Below, piece after piece: positions 38,109-47,097 of a DNA stretch of 64,000 nucleotides; position 1 is the first letter of the stretch, and every line of letters begins with the position of its first letter. The DNA is taken from positions 1 through 64,000 of the forward strand of contig JAOZFI010000043.1 in the NCBI GenBank assembly GCA_027491395.1, written 5' to 3'. The notes under the pieces are model-generated. The model searched no databases. It worked only from the letters and a program-made list of their open reading frames with translations, and was not told the DNA's origin. The stretch comes from Thermoproteota archaeon (GTDB lineage: Archaea > Korarchaeota > Korarchaeia > Korarchaeales > Korarchaeaceae). The position numbers and the translations under genes are program-made.

Positions 38109-38834
38109 TCAAGTTTGAGACTCTTCAGCTTCCGACTCCTTCTTGGGGATTTCAAACTCCTCCAGAAAGCGGACCTTTCTAATGCTCTTGATGTGTCTCA
38201 TTATCAGAGAGAGGGATCTTATCTTCCTTGAGTAAGCGTCCCTCAGCACGTATGCCTTGGAAGGAAGCTCTACAGTCACCACGCCCCCCTCTACCTCCTC
38301 GACTTTTATGTCCTCCAAGGGCACATCGAAGGAGTCCGCTACTATAGCCCTTACCTTATCCAGGTCATTCTCTATCTTCCTGACCACCTTCCCAGATACC
38401 GCCAGTTCCCTGCCCGCCAAGGGGTGATTGAAGTCTATAGTAACCCTCCCACCGCTTATGGACTGGATTATCCCTCTCTGTCCGTCTACGTAGACAGTAG
38501 CTCCGATCTGGGGCTTGATACCCTCTCTTTCCAGCCTCTTCACCGAGAAGACCCTGACCTTACCCCTGTCGTAGGGGCCATATGCCTCCTCTGGACTCAA
38601 CTTGACCTCGAAGCTCTCTCCTTCGTTGAGATCTTTCAGCGTCTCCATCACCTTGGGGAAGAGGTCCGCCTCCCCGGGTATCACCAGTACTGGCAGGTAC
38701 ACGGATCTCTCGTCGTATATTCCAGATTCCTTGGCTATCTCCTCCACAGTAGTCTGGTATATCTTATCCTCCTTCGCGTCCTTTACCGTGAGATCAACTA
38801 GGAGGAACGCTTTACTGCTCAAATTCAACACCAA
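38109..38834 (-). CDS. FKBP-type peptidyl-prolyl isomerase (long SlyD-like)
   Basis: PEEAYG, GRVTIDFNHPLAG. Confidence 0.92.
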   Translation of the reverse strand: MVLNLSSKAFLLVDLTVKDAKEDKIYQTTVEEIAKESGIYDERSVYLPVLVIPGEADLFPKVMETLKDLNEGESFEVKLSPEEAYGPYDRGKVRVFSVKRLEREGIKPQIGATVYVDGQRGIIQSISGGRVTIDFNHPLAGRELAVSGKVVRKIENDLDKVRAIVADSFDVPLEDIKVEEVEGGVVTVELPSKAYVLRDAYSRKIRSLSLIMRHIKSIRKVRFLEEFEIPKKESEAEESQT

Positions 38835-38867
38835 GGAGAGAAAAGGGTGAGAGTATAATAAATTGAC

Positions 38868-40328
38868 CTAACCCTTGACGACGCCTATGGGTCTGAGTCT
38901 CGCGACGAGCTTCGCTATGCCCGCGCGATGGGTGACATTCACGACCTCATCCACATCCTTGTACGCGCCCGGTGCCTCCTCCGCAGCCACTGCGAAGGAA
39001 GCGGGCTTGACTATTATGCCCCTCTGAGCAAGCATCTGAACTATCTGGGTGCCCCTATATATCCTCTTGGCCCTAGCTCTGCTCATCACCCTACCAGCGC
39101 CGTGCGCGGTCGTCCCGAAGGACTCACTCATCGCCTGATGGGTACCCACCATGAGATAGGAGGCAGTTCCTTGGGATCCGGGAATGAGCACAGGTTGACC
39201 GACGTCCCTGTAATCGCTGGGCACCGCTGGATGGCCGGGCGGGAAGGACCTAGTAGCTCCTTTCCTGTGAACGTAGACCTTCACCCTCTTCCCATCCACA
39301 TAATGCTCCTCCAGCTTGGCTATGTTGTGGGCGACATCATAGACGAGCCACATACCCATATCTTCGGCGCTCCTCCCGAACACCTTCTCGAAGGATTCCC
39401 GGACCCAGTGGGTTATCATCTGCCTGTTGGCCCAAGCGTAATTCGCCGCCCCTCTCATGGCCTTGAAGTACCTCTGAGCCAGTTCCGTGTTGGCGTAGGC
39501 ACATATTAGCTGCTTATCTGGGAGCCGGAAGTCCAAGTTCTTGATGTTGGAAAGCATGAGTCTGAGGTAATCGTCAGCTACTTGGTGTCCGAACCCCCTG
39601 CTTCCAGTGTGGACCATGGCTGTGACTTGTCCCTCATGAGTTATACCCATGACCCTCGCTACCTCCGGATCATATATCTTGTCAACCACCTGAACCTCCA
39701 AGAAGTGATTGCCGCTCCCCAAGGTTCCCAGCTGAGGGGCACCCCTCTCCTTGGCCCTCCTGCTTATCACGGAGGGATCAGCTCCCTCCATCATTCCCCC
39801 TTCCTCAGCGTGTTCTAAGTCCTTCTCCCACCCGTAACCGTGTTCCACGGCCCACCTGGCTCCCATCAGTATGACCTCATCGAGCTGCTGAGGCGTCAAC
39901 CTCAACTTGCCTCTGCTGCCCAATCCCGAAGGGACATTGGCGAATAGGGTGTCGACCAGATGCCTCAGCTTGGGTCTGACCTCGTTCTCACTCAGATCGG
40001 TCCTTATCAGCCTGACTCCGCAGTTGATGTCAAAGCCGACTCCTCCAGGACTTATCACCCCCTCATAAGCGTCGAAGGCAGCCACTCCCCCTATGGGGAA
40101 CCCGTATCCCTCATGTATGTCCGGCATAGCTATGGAGTACTTGTAAATGCCAGGAAGTGTTGCTACATTAGCCAGCTGTTCCACAGCCCCCCTCTCTATC
40201 TGCTTCATCAGCTTTTCATTGGCGAAGACCAGCCCAGGAACTCTCATTCCGGGTTTAAACCCTTTTGGAAGTTCCCATCTCACCTCATCGATTTTCTTGA
40301 AGAGAGACTCCACACTCAAGCTTCTCAC
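38868..40328 (-). CDS. rtcB: tRNA-splicing ligase RtcB
   Basis: MPDIHEGYGFPIG, DINCG, GSGNHF, HTGSRG, HRKGAT, HGAGR. Confidence 0.98.
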   Translation of the reverse strand: MRSLSVESLFKKIDEVRWELPKGFKPGMRVPGLVFANEKLMKQIERGAVEQLANVATLPGIYKYSIAMPDIHEGYGFPIGGVAAFDAYEGVISPGGVGFDINCGVRLIRTDLSENEVRPKLRHLVDTLFANVPSGLGSRGKLRLTPQQLDEVILMGARWAVEHGYGWEKDLEHAEEGGMMEGADPSVISRRAKERGAPQLGTLGSGNHFLEVQVVDKIYDPEVARVMGITHEGQVTAMVHTGSRGFGHQVADDYLRLMLSNIKNLDFRLPDKQLICAYANTELAQRYFKAMRGAANYAWANRQMITHWVRESFEKVFGRSAEDMGMWLVYDVAHNIAKLEEHYVDGKRVKVYVHRKGATRSFPPGHPAVPSDYRDVGQPVLIPGSQGTASYLMVGTHQAMSESFGTTAHGAGRVMSRARAKRIYRGTQIVQMLAQRGIIVKPASFAVAAEEAPGAYKDVDEVVNVTHRAGIAKLVARLRPIGVVKG

Positions 40329-40395
40329 CCGTTAGCTAACCTAGGCAACCATATATAAGCTTGTTAACCTCATTCTCAAAGGATGGTGATCTCTC

Positions 40396-41148
40396 CTGAG
40401 GCTTAAAAAGAGCTTGGGCCAGCACATAATGATATCGAGGAAGTGGCTCGGTGTCATGGCGGATCTACTTTCAATAAGATCCACCGATTCCGTGATCGAG
40501 CTGGGAGCTGGAACTGGAAATCTGAGCGAGGAGATCCTGAAGAGAAGTCCCAAGAGGCTTACGCTTGTAGAGAAGGACCCCAGCATGGTATGGCATCTCA
40601 AGTTGAGGTTCTCATCAGATCCCCAGGTGGAAATAGTTGAGAAGGACATCAGAGAGGTGCTACCCATCAGAGGCTACGAGAAGGTAGCTGCTAACCCACC
40701 TTACTACCTGTCCTCCACTATTCTGATAGGTCTCGCGAGGAGCGATTTCGAGAAGGCAGTGATGACCTTCCAGAGAGAATTCGCCGAGAGGATGGTCGCC
40801 TCCCCTGGGACCCCAGAATATGGAAGCCTGACGGTGATATCTTCCCTCCTTTTCAGCGTGAATATCGTGGCTATAGTGGGAAGGAGGGCCTTCAAACCCC
40901 CACCTAAGGTCGAATCGGCCATAGTGGTGATAGAACCCAAGGATGTTGAACCCGAGGTGAGGGAGGCAATCCTCAAGTACTCTAAGACGATATTCTCTAG
41001 GAGAAAGAGAACCCTCAGGAACGTCCTGAGACCCTTGGTGGGCGAAAAGGTGGAATCGGCTCCCCATGTGGATAGAAGACCGTACCATCTCTCTCCAGAG
41101 GAGGTATTGGAGGTGGTACTTTGGCTGAGAGAGCTAAGATCAGAGTGA
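40396..41148 (+). CDS. rsmA: 16S rRNA dimethyladenosine transferase KsgA/Dim1
   Basis: KKSLGQH, ELGAGTG, ANPPY, FKPPPKVES; probable CTG start at 40396 (first TTG is 40414). Confidence 0.92.
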   Translation: MRLKKSLGQHIMISRKWLGVMADLLSIRSTDSVIELGAGTGNLSEEILKRSPKRLTLVEKDPSMVWHLKLRFSSDPQVEIVEKDIREVLPIRGYEKVAANPPYYLSSTILIGLARSDFEKAVMTFQREFAERMVASPGTPEYGSLTVISSLLFSVNIVAIVGRRAFKPPPKVESAIVVIEPKDVEPEVREAILKYSKTIFSRRKRTLRNVLRPLVGEKVESAPHVDRRPYHLSPEEVLEVVLWLRELRSE

Positions 41149-41747
41149 GAGGTCTCGAGATCGAGACTGACAGGGAGGTCTATACGCCTGCCGAGGACTC
41201 ACTACTCATGATCGACTCCGTAGATCTGTGGGGAGATCTTAAAGGAATCAAATGCTTGGATGTGGGAACGGGCACGGGCATAGTGGCCATATTCATGGCT
41301 GGGAAGGGATGTGAGACCTTCGCGACGGACATAACCTCTGAGTCAGTGGAATTAGCACGTAGAAATGCCGAGCTAAATGGTGTAGACATCCATGTCACCC
41401 AGGGTAACCTGATGGATCATTTCAGGGATTCTTCCTTCGACATCATAACGTTCAACCCACCGTATCTCCCGGAACCCCCGAGCGATGTCAAGCTCTCCGT
41501 ATCTTGGGCCGGGGGTTCGATGGGCAGGGAACTCATCGATCGCTTCCTCTCCGATCTTCCTCGTGTTATTAAAGAGGATGGTAGGGCAGCAGTATTGCAC
41601 GCGGACTACAACGAGCCGCATCTGACTCTAGAATGGGGAAGAAAGAGGGGATTCGATTCCCGCGTACTAGGCAGGAGGAAGCTAGCATTTCATGAGCTGA
41701 TTGTTATCGAGCTCAGACCTAGAAGCCTGAGAGCTGAGCGTCCCTGA
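41121..41747 (+). CDS. HemK2/PrmC-type methyltransferase
   Basis: VYTPAEDS, DVGTGTG, FNPPY, WAGG..GR. Confidence 0.9.
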   Translation: MAERAKIRVRGLEIETDREVYTPAEDSLLMIDSVDLWGDLKGIKCLDVGTGTGIVAIFMAGKGCETFATDITSESVELARRNAELNGVDIHVTQGNLMDHFRDSSFDIITFNPPYLPEPPSDVKLSVSWAGGSMGRELIDRFLSDLPRVIKEDGRAAVLHADYNEPHLTLEWGRKRGFDSRVLGRRKLAFHELIVIELRPRSLRAERP

Positions 41748-41913
41748 CCTGCTTCACCATCTTGTAATGCTTCCTGCATAGGGGGATCTTCTTCCCCACA
41801 TCATCCTTCAGCTTCAACTTCAACTCTTGGATGAAGGGGAGGAACGATCTATCTACCTCCTTCGAGGCCGGTTCGTTACAACCTTCTATTGCGCACACCT
41901 TTTCACCCCTCAA
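41719..41913 (-). CDS. Small CCCH-type zinc-binding protein
   Basis: CAIEGC...LCRKHYK; SD GGAGGTG upstream of TTG. Confidence 0.75.
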   Translation of the reverse strand: MRGEKVCAIEGCNEPASKEVDRSFLPFIQELKLKLKDDVGKKIPLCRKHYKMVKQVRDAQLSGF

Positions 41914-41931
41914 ACCGAAGCACCTCCCTCA

Positions 41932-42009
41932 TGGCGGGCCCGGGGGGACTCGAACCCCCGACCTCCGGCTCCGGAGGCCGGCGCTCTATCCATGCTGAGC
42001 TACGGGCCC
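41932..42009 (-). tRNA. tRNA-Arg(CCG)
   Basis: GGGCCCG..CT-CCG-GA..CGGGCCCGCCA. Confidence 0.95.
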
Positions 42010-42059
42010 GGAGATTAATAGCCCGAATCCGATATAAAATCGATGTAGGAGCGTAGGGA

Positions 42060-42224
42060 TCAATCCTTCTTCTTGAACTCAGTATAGCCGCATTTACCGC
42101 AGGTGTACCTGTCCTTATGCTCGGCCATGAAGGAGCCGCATCTCGGACACACCCTCTTTTTTCTGACTAGCTTGTTCCCCTCAATGGAATAATACTTCCA
42201 CACTTGAACTGGCTTGTGCTTCAT
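42060..42224 (-). CDS. rps27ae: 30S ribosomal protein S27ae (not in ORF track)
   Basis: Manual translation [54 protein letters not shown]. Confidence 0.95.
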   Translation of the reverse strand: MKHKPVQVWKYYSIEGNKLVRKKRVCPRCGSFMAEHKDRYTCGKCGYTEFKKKD

Positions 42225-42517
42225 GAGGATGCACCCTCCCCCTCTCCCTCATTCCTCTTTATTATGTGGTCTGGCTCCATAAGCAGGGCAAAACCCCTGC
42301 TGCTATAGGCCATTGCCACGACCTCGGCCTCCTCCTTCCCATACTCAGTGATAATCCTCCTGATGAAGAGGTTCCCGACGGGTTTTCCGAGCTCCTTAGC
42401 TAAGGACTCTCTTATCTCTTTCCTAGATGGAGTGCCGCCCTCAAACCGCACCCTAGCGATGACCTCTTCCCTCTGCAGCAGCGGGTTTTCCCTGCGCCTG
42501 ATGATCTCCAACTCCAT
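42221..42517 (-). CDS. rps24e: 30S ribosomal protein S24e
   Basis: [20 protein letters not shown]. Confidence 0.95.
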   Translation of the reverse strand: MELEIIRRRENPLLQREEVIARVRFEGGTPSRKEIRESLAKELGKPVGNLFIRRIITEYGKEEAEVVAMAYSSRGFALLMEPDHIIKRNEGEGEGASS

Positions 42518-42564
42518 TTTCGCCTCCCGTTTTGCGTTTACCCCTCCAATATATAACCTCTACC

Positions 42565-42753
42565 TCACCATACCCTCAGGGCGTACATACCTACCTTCTC
42601 GTGTCCGAGCATCTTGGCGAGCTGGGAGCGTAGAGGGTCTGTGATGGCAACTATGCCCTCCCAGTTGTAGGTTAAGTCATCAGATCCACATAAAGGACAC
42701 TTGTTCTCGGTGGTGAGAGCCTTACAATTCCTGCAGGCCTTCCATTTAGCCAT
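42565..42753 (-). CDS. spt4: Spt4/RpoE2
   Basis: KACRNC..CPLCG..WEG..DP..S..A..G.YAL. Confidence 0.95.
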   Translation of the reverse strand: MAKWKACRNCKALTTENKCPLCGSDDLTYNWEGIVAITDPLRSQLAKMLGHEKVGMYALRVW

Positions 42754-42761
42754 AAGATCAC

Positions 42762-43334
42762 CTATTCACGAGCCCCCTTCTCTTTTTCCTTCTCCTCTAT
42801 CTTTCCGAGCTTCGGCTGTCTCATCGTTAAGGAGACCCTGACTATGGGCTCTCCTCTGAGGAGGGCTGCGGGACTGGGCTTACTCACCGTAGTTATCCTA
42901 GCCCTGACCCTATCTCCCTTTCTGAAGGTGATCTTAGCCTTCTTACTCTGCAGAACTCCCGCTCTATGTATGAAGACATCATCGCCCAGCTGGGAGATGT
43001 GAACGAACCCGCTTATCGGACCTATAGAGACGAACATCCCGTAGTCCACGATGTTCTCTACCTCTCCCTCGACTATCTCGTCCTTGAGGGGGAGGTATGT
43101 TAATACTTTGAACTTCGCCCTGACGTATATGTTTGGACTGCCTATGATGGACTTACCGTGGCTCAATTCAGTGACCTCGAGCACATCCAGAACCAGACCC
43201 ACATCCCTGAGGTAGCGTCCTATGTACTTCGAGCCGAACTGCTCCCTCAGTATTGATCTAATATCCCCAGTTATATCAGCAGGCCTTATGAAACCTACAT
43301 CGCTCATCTCCGTTATATAAAACAATTCTTCCAT
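42762..43334 (-). CDS. rpoE1: RNA polymerase subunit Rpo7 (E')
   Basis: EGEV..YGMFV.IGP..HISQ S1 domain, LTMRQPKLGK. Confidence 0.93.
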   Translation of the reverse strand: MEELFYITEMSDVGFIRPADITGDIRSILREQFGSKYIGRYLRDVGLVLDVLEVTELSHGKSIIGSPNIYVRAKFKVLTYLPLKDEIVEGEVENIVDYGMFVSIGPISGFVHISQLGDDVFIHRAGVLQSKKAKITFRKGDRVRARITTVSKPSPAALLRGEPIVRVSLTMRQPKLGKIEEKEKEKGARE

Positions 43335-43372
43335 TCCCCCGCTGGCCCCGAGAGGTCTTACCTCTCCAGAGA

Positions 43373-43771
43373 TCAGCTTTCCTTACTTAACCTTAACGGA
43401 TCATCAAGCACCAGTTTCTTCCCTGCTCTGAGGTAGATCACTGGAATGCCCTCTCTCAACAGCCTCTCCTTCAACTTAAGATCGAAGGTGACCACAACAG
43501 CTCCCAGCTCCTTAGCCAGCGCAATTAGATCTTCGTCAGCCTCTCCGCGATATTTTTCATCTACAATGATGCCATGCCTCTCTATTACCTGCAGGGCAAC
43601 ACTAGCGGAAACCCTCCTCCCTCCTCCAAGAAAACTCTCAAGTTCCTTAACCACGGATTTTGTGGTAATTAATTTTGCATTTGGATAGAACTTCCTCAGA
43701 TCGCTCAGGCTCAGAAATCTGAGCTCTGTCAAGGCCATCAAGAAGGAGGTGTCCAAGACAATATACCTCAA
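43373..43771 (-). CDS. PIN-domain nuclease (Fcf1/Utp24-like)
   Basis: VLDTSFL, VVKEL, ADEDL, VTFD..LK; start reset to TTG 43771 after SD GGGTGA. Confidence 0.85.
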   Translation of the reverse strand: MRYIVLDTSFLMALTELRFLSLSDLRKFYPNAKLITTKSVVKELESFLGGGRRVSASVALQVIERHGIIVDEKYRGEADEDLIALAKELGAVVVTFDLKLKERLLREGIPVIYLRAGKKLVLDDPLRLSKES

Positions 43772-43785
43772 ATCGATCACCCTAG

Positions 43786-43860
43786 TGGGCCCGGGGGGAC
43801 TTGAACCCCCGACCTCCCGGTTATCAGCCGGGCGCTCTGACCAGTCTGAGCCACGGGCCC
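43786..43860 (-). tRNA. tRNA-Ile(GAT), CCA not encoded
   Basis: GGGCCCG..CT-GAT-AA..CGGGCCCA. Confidence 0.95.
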
Positions 43861-43862
43861 AG

Positions 43863-43936
43863 TGGACCGGGGGGGACTTGAACCCCCGACCTCCGCCTTG
43901 CGAAGGCGGCGCGCTACCAACCTGCGCCACCGGCCC
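43863..43936 (-). tRNA. tRNA-Ala(CGC), CCA not encoded
   Basis: GGGCCGG..TT-CGC-AA..CCGGTCCA. Confidence 0.95.
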
Positions 43937-43982
43937 AATGACCAACTACCCACTCCCTAAATAAAATTTTACAGTCAGAGGG

Positions 43983-45224
43983 TCAGTATTCCCTCAATTC
44001 ATATCGGAGAACAGCTGCCACGCCGCCCAGAGCTTTGAGCTGCGTACCCCATTCAGTACCCGATGAGATCACGTAGATCTCAGCACCGCTCTGCTTTCCC
44101 ATCTCTCCCAAGTGCTCTATTATATCAACCTCCTCCACCTCGTATACTGTTCCCCCGCAATTCGGGCACTGCCAGCCGGATAGAGAAGCCTCCCTGTCCT
44201 TCCTGATGATCCTCTGCTCCTCGTAGCCACACTGCGAGCACCTAATTTTCACTTTCTTCACAGGTATGTCCTCCAGCACTAGCACCTTCTCGGCAGCCCC
44301 GGCTTCCAGCGCTCTCTCTACCTCACTTATCCCGTAAGCCACTTTACCTGGCTCCTTGGCCAAGAGTCGAAAGACCTCCTCCACCAAGGCCTTCTCCTTG
44401 TAGAGGGAGGACTCTTTCAGGAGATCCTCCGCCTTCATCACTAACTCCCTGACTCCCTGCTCCTCGGTGTAGGACAGAGGTATGTTCGCGATCACCTTCT
44501 TCTGCAATCTGTAATCCAAGAAGTTACCCTCCTCGAATTTCTCTCTAGCATCTCCCGGCCCCCCAATTATTATTCCCTCTAGCTCATCCTCCAACGGCAG
44601 GAGAGCCTCGTTAGCCCTCTTCCCCAGCCTCTTGAAGAAGTCGTGCACCCTCTCCTCTCTTATCCTCTCGAACCTCCTCTGGGACTGTCCTCCAGCGCTG
44701 TGCTTTGGAGGTATGTCCGAGGTGACCCAGTCCACTATCTTGTAGTTGGGACCCCTAAGTACGGCTATGACGCCACCCCCCCTGTCCATAACTATGAGGC
44801 CGTAGGCCTTCTTCTCCTTAGCCATCTCCTCTAGGGGTTCCACGTAGAACTCGTGATCGCATATGTACTGGAAGGATCTGACGGGTTCTGGTGGTTCTAT
44901 CACGTAGATCTCTATCTTCTCAGTCCCTCTATCTTTACCCTGAGGTATCGCCCCACAGAAGACGACCAGTCCGTGCTCAGGTACCTTTCGGTACAGTTTA
45001 AGCCTCTGTATTATGCTCTCTATAGCGCTCTGGACATTTTTCCTAGTTAGCTTGTCCTTGATATTGCTCGCTTGATCGTACTCATCCCTCAAGTACTTTA
45101 TAACGTCATAAACATTTCTCCCGGGTGGGATATATAGGGAAATAAGCTCAGTGCCTCTACCTCTCTTATCCTTCAGCTCTTTTATCAGCTTCTTGAACTC
45201 ATAGCGCTCGTAGGTTAGGGACAA
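43983..45224 (-). CDS. prf1: Peptide chain release factor aRF1
   Basis: GTELISLYIP, NIKD, YICD, GGQSQRRF; TTG start 45224. Confidence 0.96.
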   Translation of the reverse strand: MSLTYERYEFKKLIKELKDKRGRGTELISLYIPPGRNVYDVIKYLRDEYDQASNIKDKLTRKNVQSAIESIIQRLKLYRKVPEHGLVVFCGAIPQGKDRGTEKIEIYVIEPPEPVRSFQYICDHEFYVEPLEEMAKEKKAYGLIVMDRGGGVIAVLRGPNYKIVDWVTSDIPPKHSAGGQSQRRFERIREERVHDFFKRLGKRANEALLPLEDELEGIIIGGPGDAREKFEEGNFLDYRLQKKVIANIPLSYTEEQGVRELVMKAEDLLKESSLYKEKALVEEVFRLLAKEPGKVAYGISEVERALEAGAAEKVLVLEDIPVKKVKIRCSQCGYEEQRIIRKDREASLSGWQCPNCGGTVYEVEEVDIIEHLGEMGKQSGAEIYVISSGTEWGTQLKALGGVAAVLRYELREY

Positions 45225-45285
45225 AGTTTTCACCCTTACGAGAGGTGGAATGGCATCCGACTTAAAAAACTCCATTAGGTGTAGC

Positions 45286-46515
45286 ATGGTGCCTATGATC
45301 CAAGTTGTGCTGTTCGAGGACACGCGGGTTAGTGAAATCTCCCCCCTGACCGACCTCACACTGATGCAGGAGATCGTAGTTGGTGGGGTTAAGCAGTTCG
45401 AGAGGATGGATAAGTGGCTAGGTACTCGAACGAGATGGCTCGTGAGGGATGGCTACGAGGAGAAGGTCCCTAAGGATAGAAAACCCGATTTCGGAGATCC
45501 TGCTCTACTGCTGAATTCCCGTCTGATATCGCCTGAGGTCCTGTCCAAAGTCAGGGGGTTGGAACCCGGTGAAGCGTTGGTGAGTAAGGGGCAGGTGGTC
45601 GCCGCTAGAGTCAGCTCCCTAGATTACGATGACAGTCTCATGATCTTTAGAGGGGACGCGGGGACATTCAAGGCGAGGCCATGCGATGCCCACCTGCTCA
45701 CCTCGCCTTGGGACGTCTCCCCGACATCGTTAATCACTCACCTATCCAAGGACCTGATGGATTTCTTCAAACCACCCACTAACAGGAAGTTCGGAGAAAT
45801 CAAGGTGCTGGGGAACTATCCTGTTGATCTGCCTGAGGAACTACAAATTCTTGGGCCTGTAACGATAGATGCTAGGGAGGGACCTGTAGTCATTGGTGAG
45901 GGTGTTCAGATTGAGCCGTACGCTTATCTCAAAGGGCCACTCTACGTAGGCCCGAACACTGTCATAGTTACCGGCTCTAGGGTTGCTGGGAGCTACATAG
46001 GGGTGCAAGGGAGGATAGGAGGAGAGGTGACCACTAGCATAGTTTCGGACTACTCGAACAAGTACCACTTGGGATTCTTGGGGCACAGCTACGTAGGCAG
46101 GTGGGTGAACATAGGAGCTGGATCCATAACTTCCAACTTGAAGAATACTTACGGCGAGATCAAGGTGGGGGGAGTTCTAACAGGCCTCAATAAAGTGGGT
46201 GCGTTCATAGGGGATCATGCTAAGCTCTCTATAGGGACATTGACGTATGCAGGAGTCAGGATCGGTCCTGCATCGCATCTACACGGTCTAGTGCATGAGG
46301 ACGTACCTCCGTTCACCATTTACGCTAGGAGCCTCGGATGGGGTCTCTACGAACTGGATCCAGAGTCGGCCATCAGGACCTACAGGAGAATGGCTCCACG
46401 CAGGGGCGTGGACCCTGACCCGGTCGAGGAGCAGCTCCTCAGGAAGCTCTTCTACGAAACAGAACATCTTAGAAGGGGCAAGGGAGTGAAGAAGGGAAGA
46501 CTTGTAGTGAGGTAG
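45286..46515 (+). CDS. Putative sugar nucleotidyltransferase with left-handed beta-helix (GlmU-like)
   Basis: VLFED..PLT, hexapeptide repeats, NKYHLGFLGHSYVG.WVNIGAG..SNLKNTY. Confidence 0.8.
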   Translation: MVPMIQVVLFEDTRVSEISPLTDLTLMQEIVVGGVKQFERMDKWLGTRTRWLVRDGYEEKVPKDRKPDFGDPALLLNSRLISPEVLSKVRGLEPGEALVSKGQVVAARVSSLDYDDSLMIFRGDAGTFKARPCDAHLLTSPWDVSPTSLITHLSKDLMDFFKPPTNRKFGEIKVLGNYPVDLPEELQILGPVTIDAREGPVVIGEGVQIEPYAYLKGPLYVGPNTVIVTGSRVAGSYIGVQGRIGGEVTTSIVSDYSNKYHLGFLGHSYVGRWVNIGAGSITSNLKNTYGEIKVGGVLTGLNKVGAFIGDHAKLSIGTLTYAGVRIGPASHLHGLVHEDVPPFTIYARSLGWGLYELDPESAIRTYRRMAPRRGVDPDPVEEQLLRKLFYETEHLRRGKGVKKGRLVVR

Positions 46516-46587
46516 AGCCGGGTGGGGGATTCGAACCCCCGTCCACGGGTCTGCAGCCCGCTGCCTGAACCGCTCGGCCAACCCGGC
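46516..46587 (-). tRNA. tRNA-Cys(GCA), CCA not encoded
   Basis: GCCGGGT..CT-GCA-GA..ACCCGGCT, U73. Confidence 0.93.
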
Positions 46588-46669
46588 CCATCATTGTATG
46601 GGGAGACCACCGTAATAAGTTTTGTTCCGAGTCAAAGTTATAAATGGGTTGACCCACAACTACTGAGTG

Positions 46670-46747
46670 GGGCCCGTAGCTCAGCAAGGATAGAGCGGCG
46701 GCCTCCTAAGCCGCAGGTCGGGGGTTCGAGTCCCCCCGGGCCCGCCA
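46670..46747 (+). tRNA. tRNA-Arg(CCT)
   Basis: GGGCCCG..CT-CCT-AA..CGGGCCCGCCA. Confidence 0.95.
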
Positions 46748-46750
46748 TGT

Positions 46751-46827
46751 GCGGCCGTAGTCTAGCCTGGATAGGATGCCGGCCCCCCAAGCCGGCGACC
46801 CGGGTTCAAATCCCGGCGGCCGCACCA
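46751..46827 (+). tRNA. tRNA-Gly(CCC), C at position 33
   Basis: Body matches tRNA-Gly(GCC); stem CCGGC/GCCGG, loop CC-CCC-AA. Confidence 0.88.
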
Positions 46828-46955
46828 CTTTGGACTGCTTATGGGACGATATGAGGATTCCAGCTTGAAACGCTCATCTAAATGGATCAATCTGGTTTAG
46901 GATCGATAGTATCTCAGTGGACTAGCTACCAGAGTAACATTGAATGTAGCTTGAC

Positions 46956-47045
46956 TGGTGCGGGGGGTGGGATTCGAACCCACGCGGGCCTGCTGCCCAC
47001 CAGCTCCTAAGGCTGGCGCCTTGGACCTATCTCGGCCACCCCCGC
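46956..47045 (-). tRNA. tRNA-Leu(TAG)
   Basis: GCGGGGG..CT-TAG-GA, long variable arm, CCA. Confidence 0.95.
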
Positions 47046-47097
47046 CCGCTCTCTATCTGAGTGTCAAGGGTATTTAACTATATTCTCCGCCCGAGAA

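Noticed and set aside
38868-40328. Possible inteins in RtcB, Top6B or the RadA-like protein
   Set aside because: Lengths are normal and no intein motifs were seen
43772-43945. Apparent N-terminal domain on the PIN protein
   Set aside because: Reads through tRNA-Ala and tRNA-Ile; not a fusion
46828-46955. ATGAGGA and a weak hairpin between convergent tRNAs
   Set aside because: No matching D boxes at the proper spacing
5949-47045. Repeated tRNA 3' halves as possible attL/attR sites
   Set aside because: Every copy is part of a complete isoacceptor tRNA; no integrase or foreign cargo lies between them
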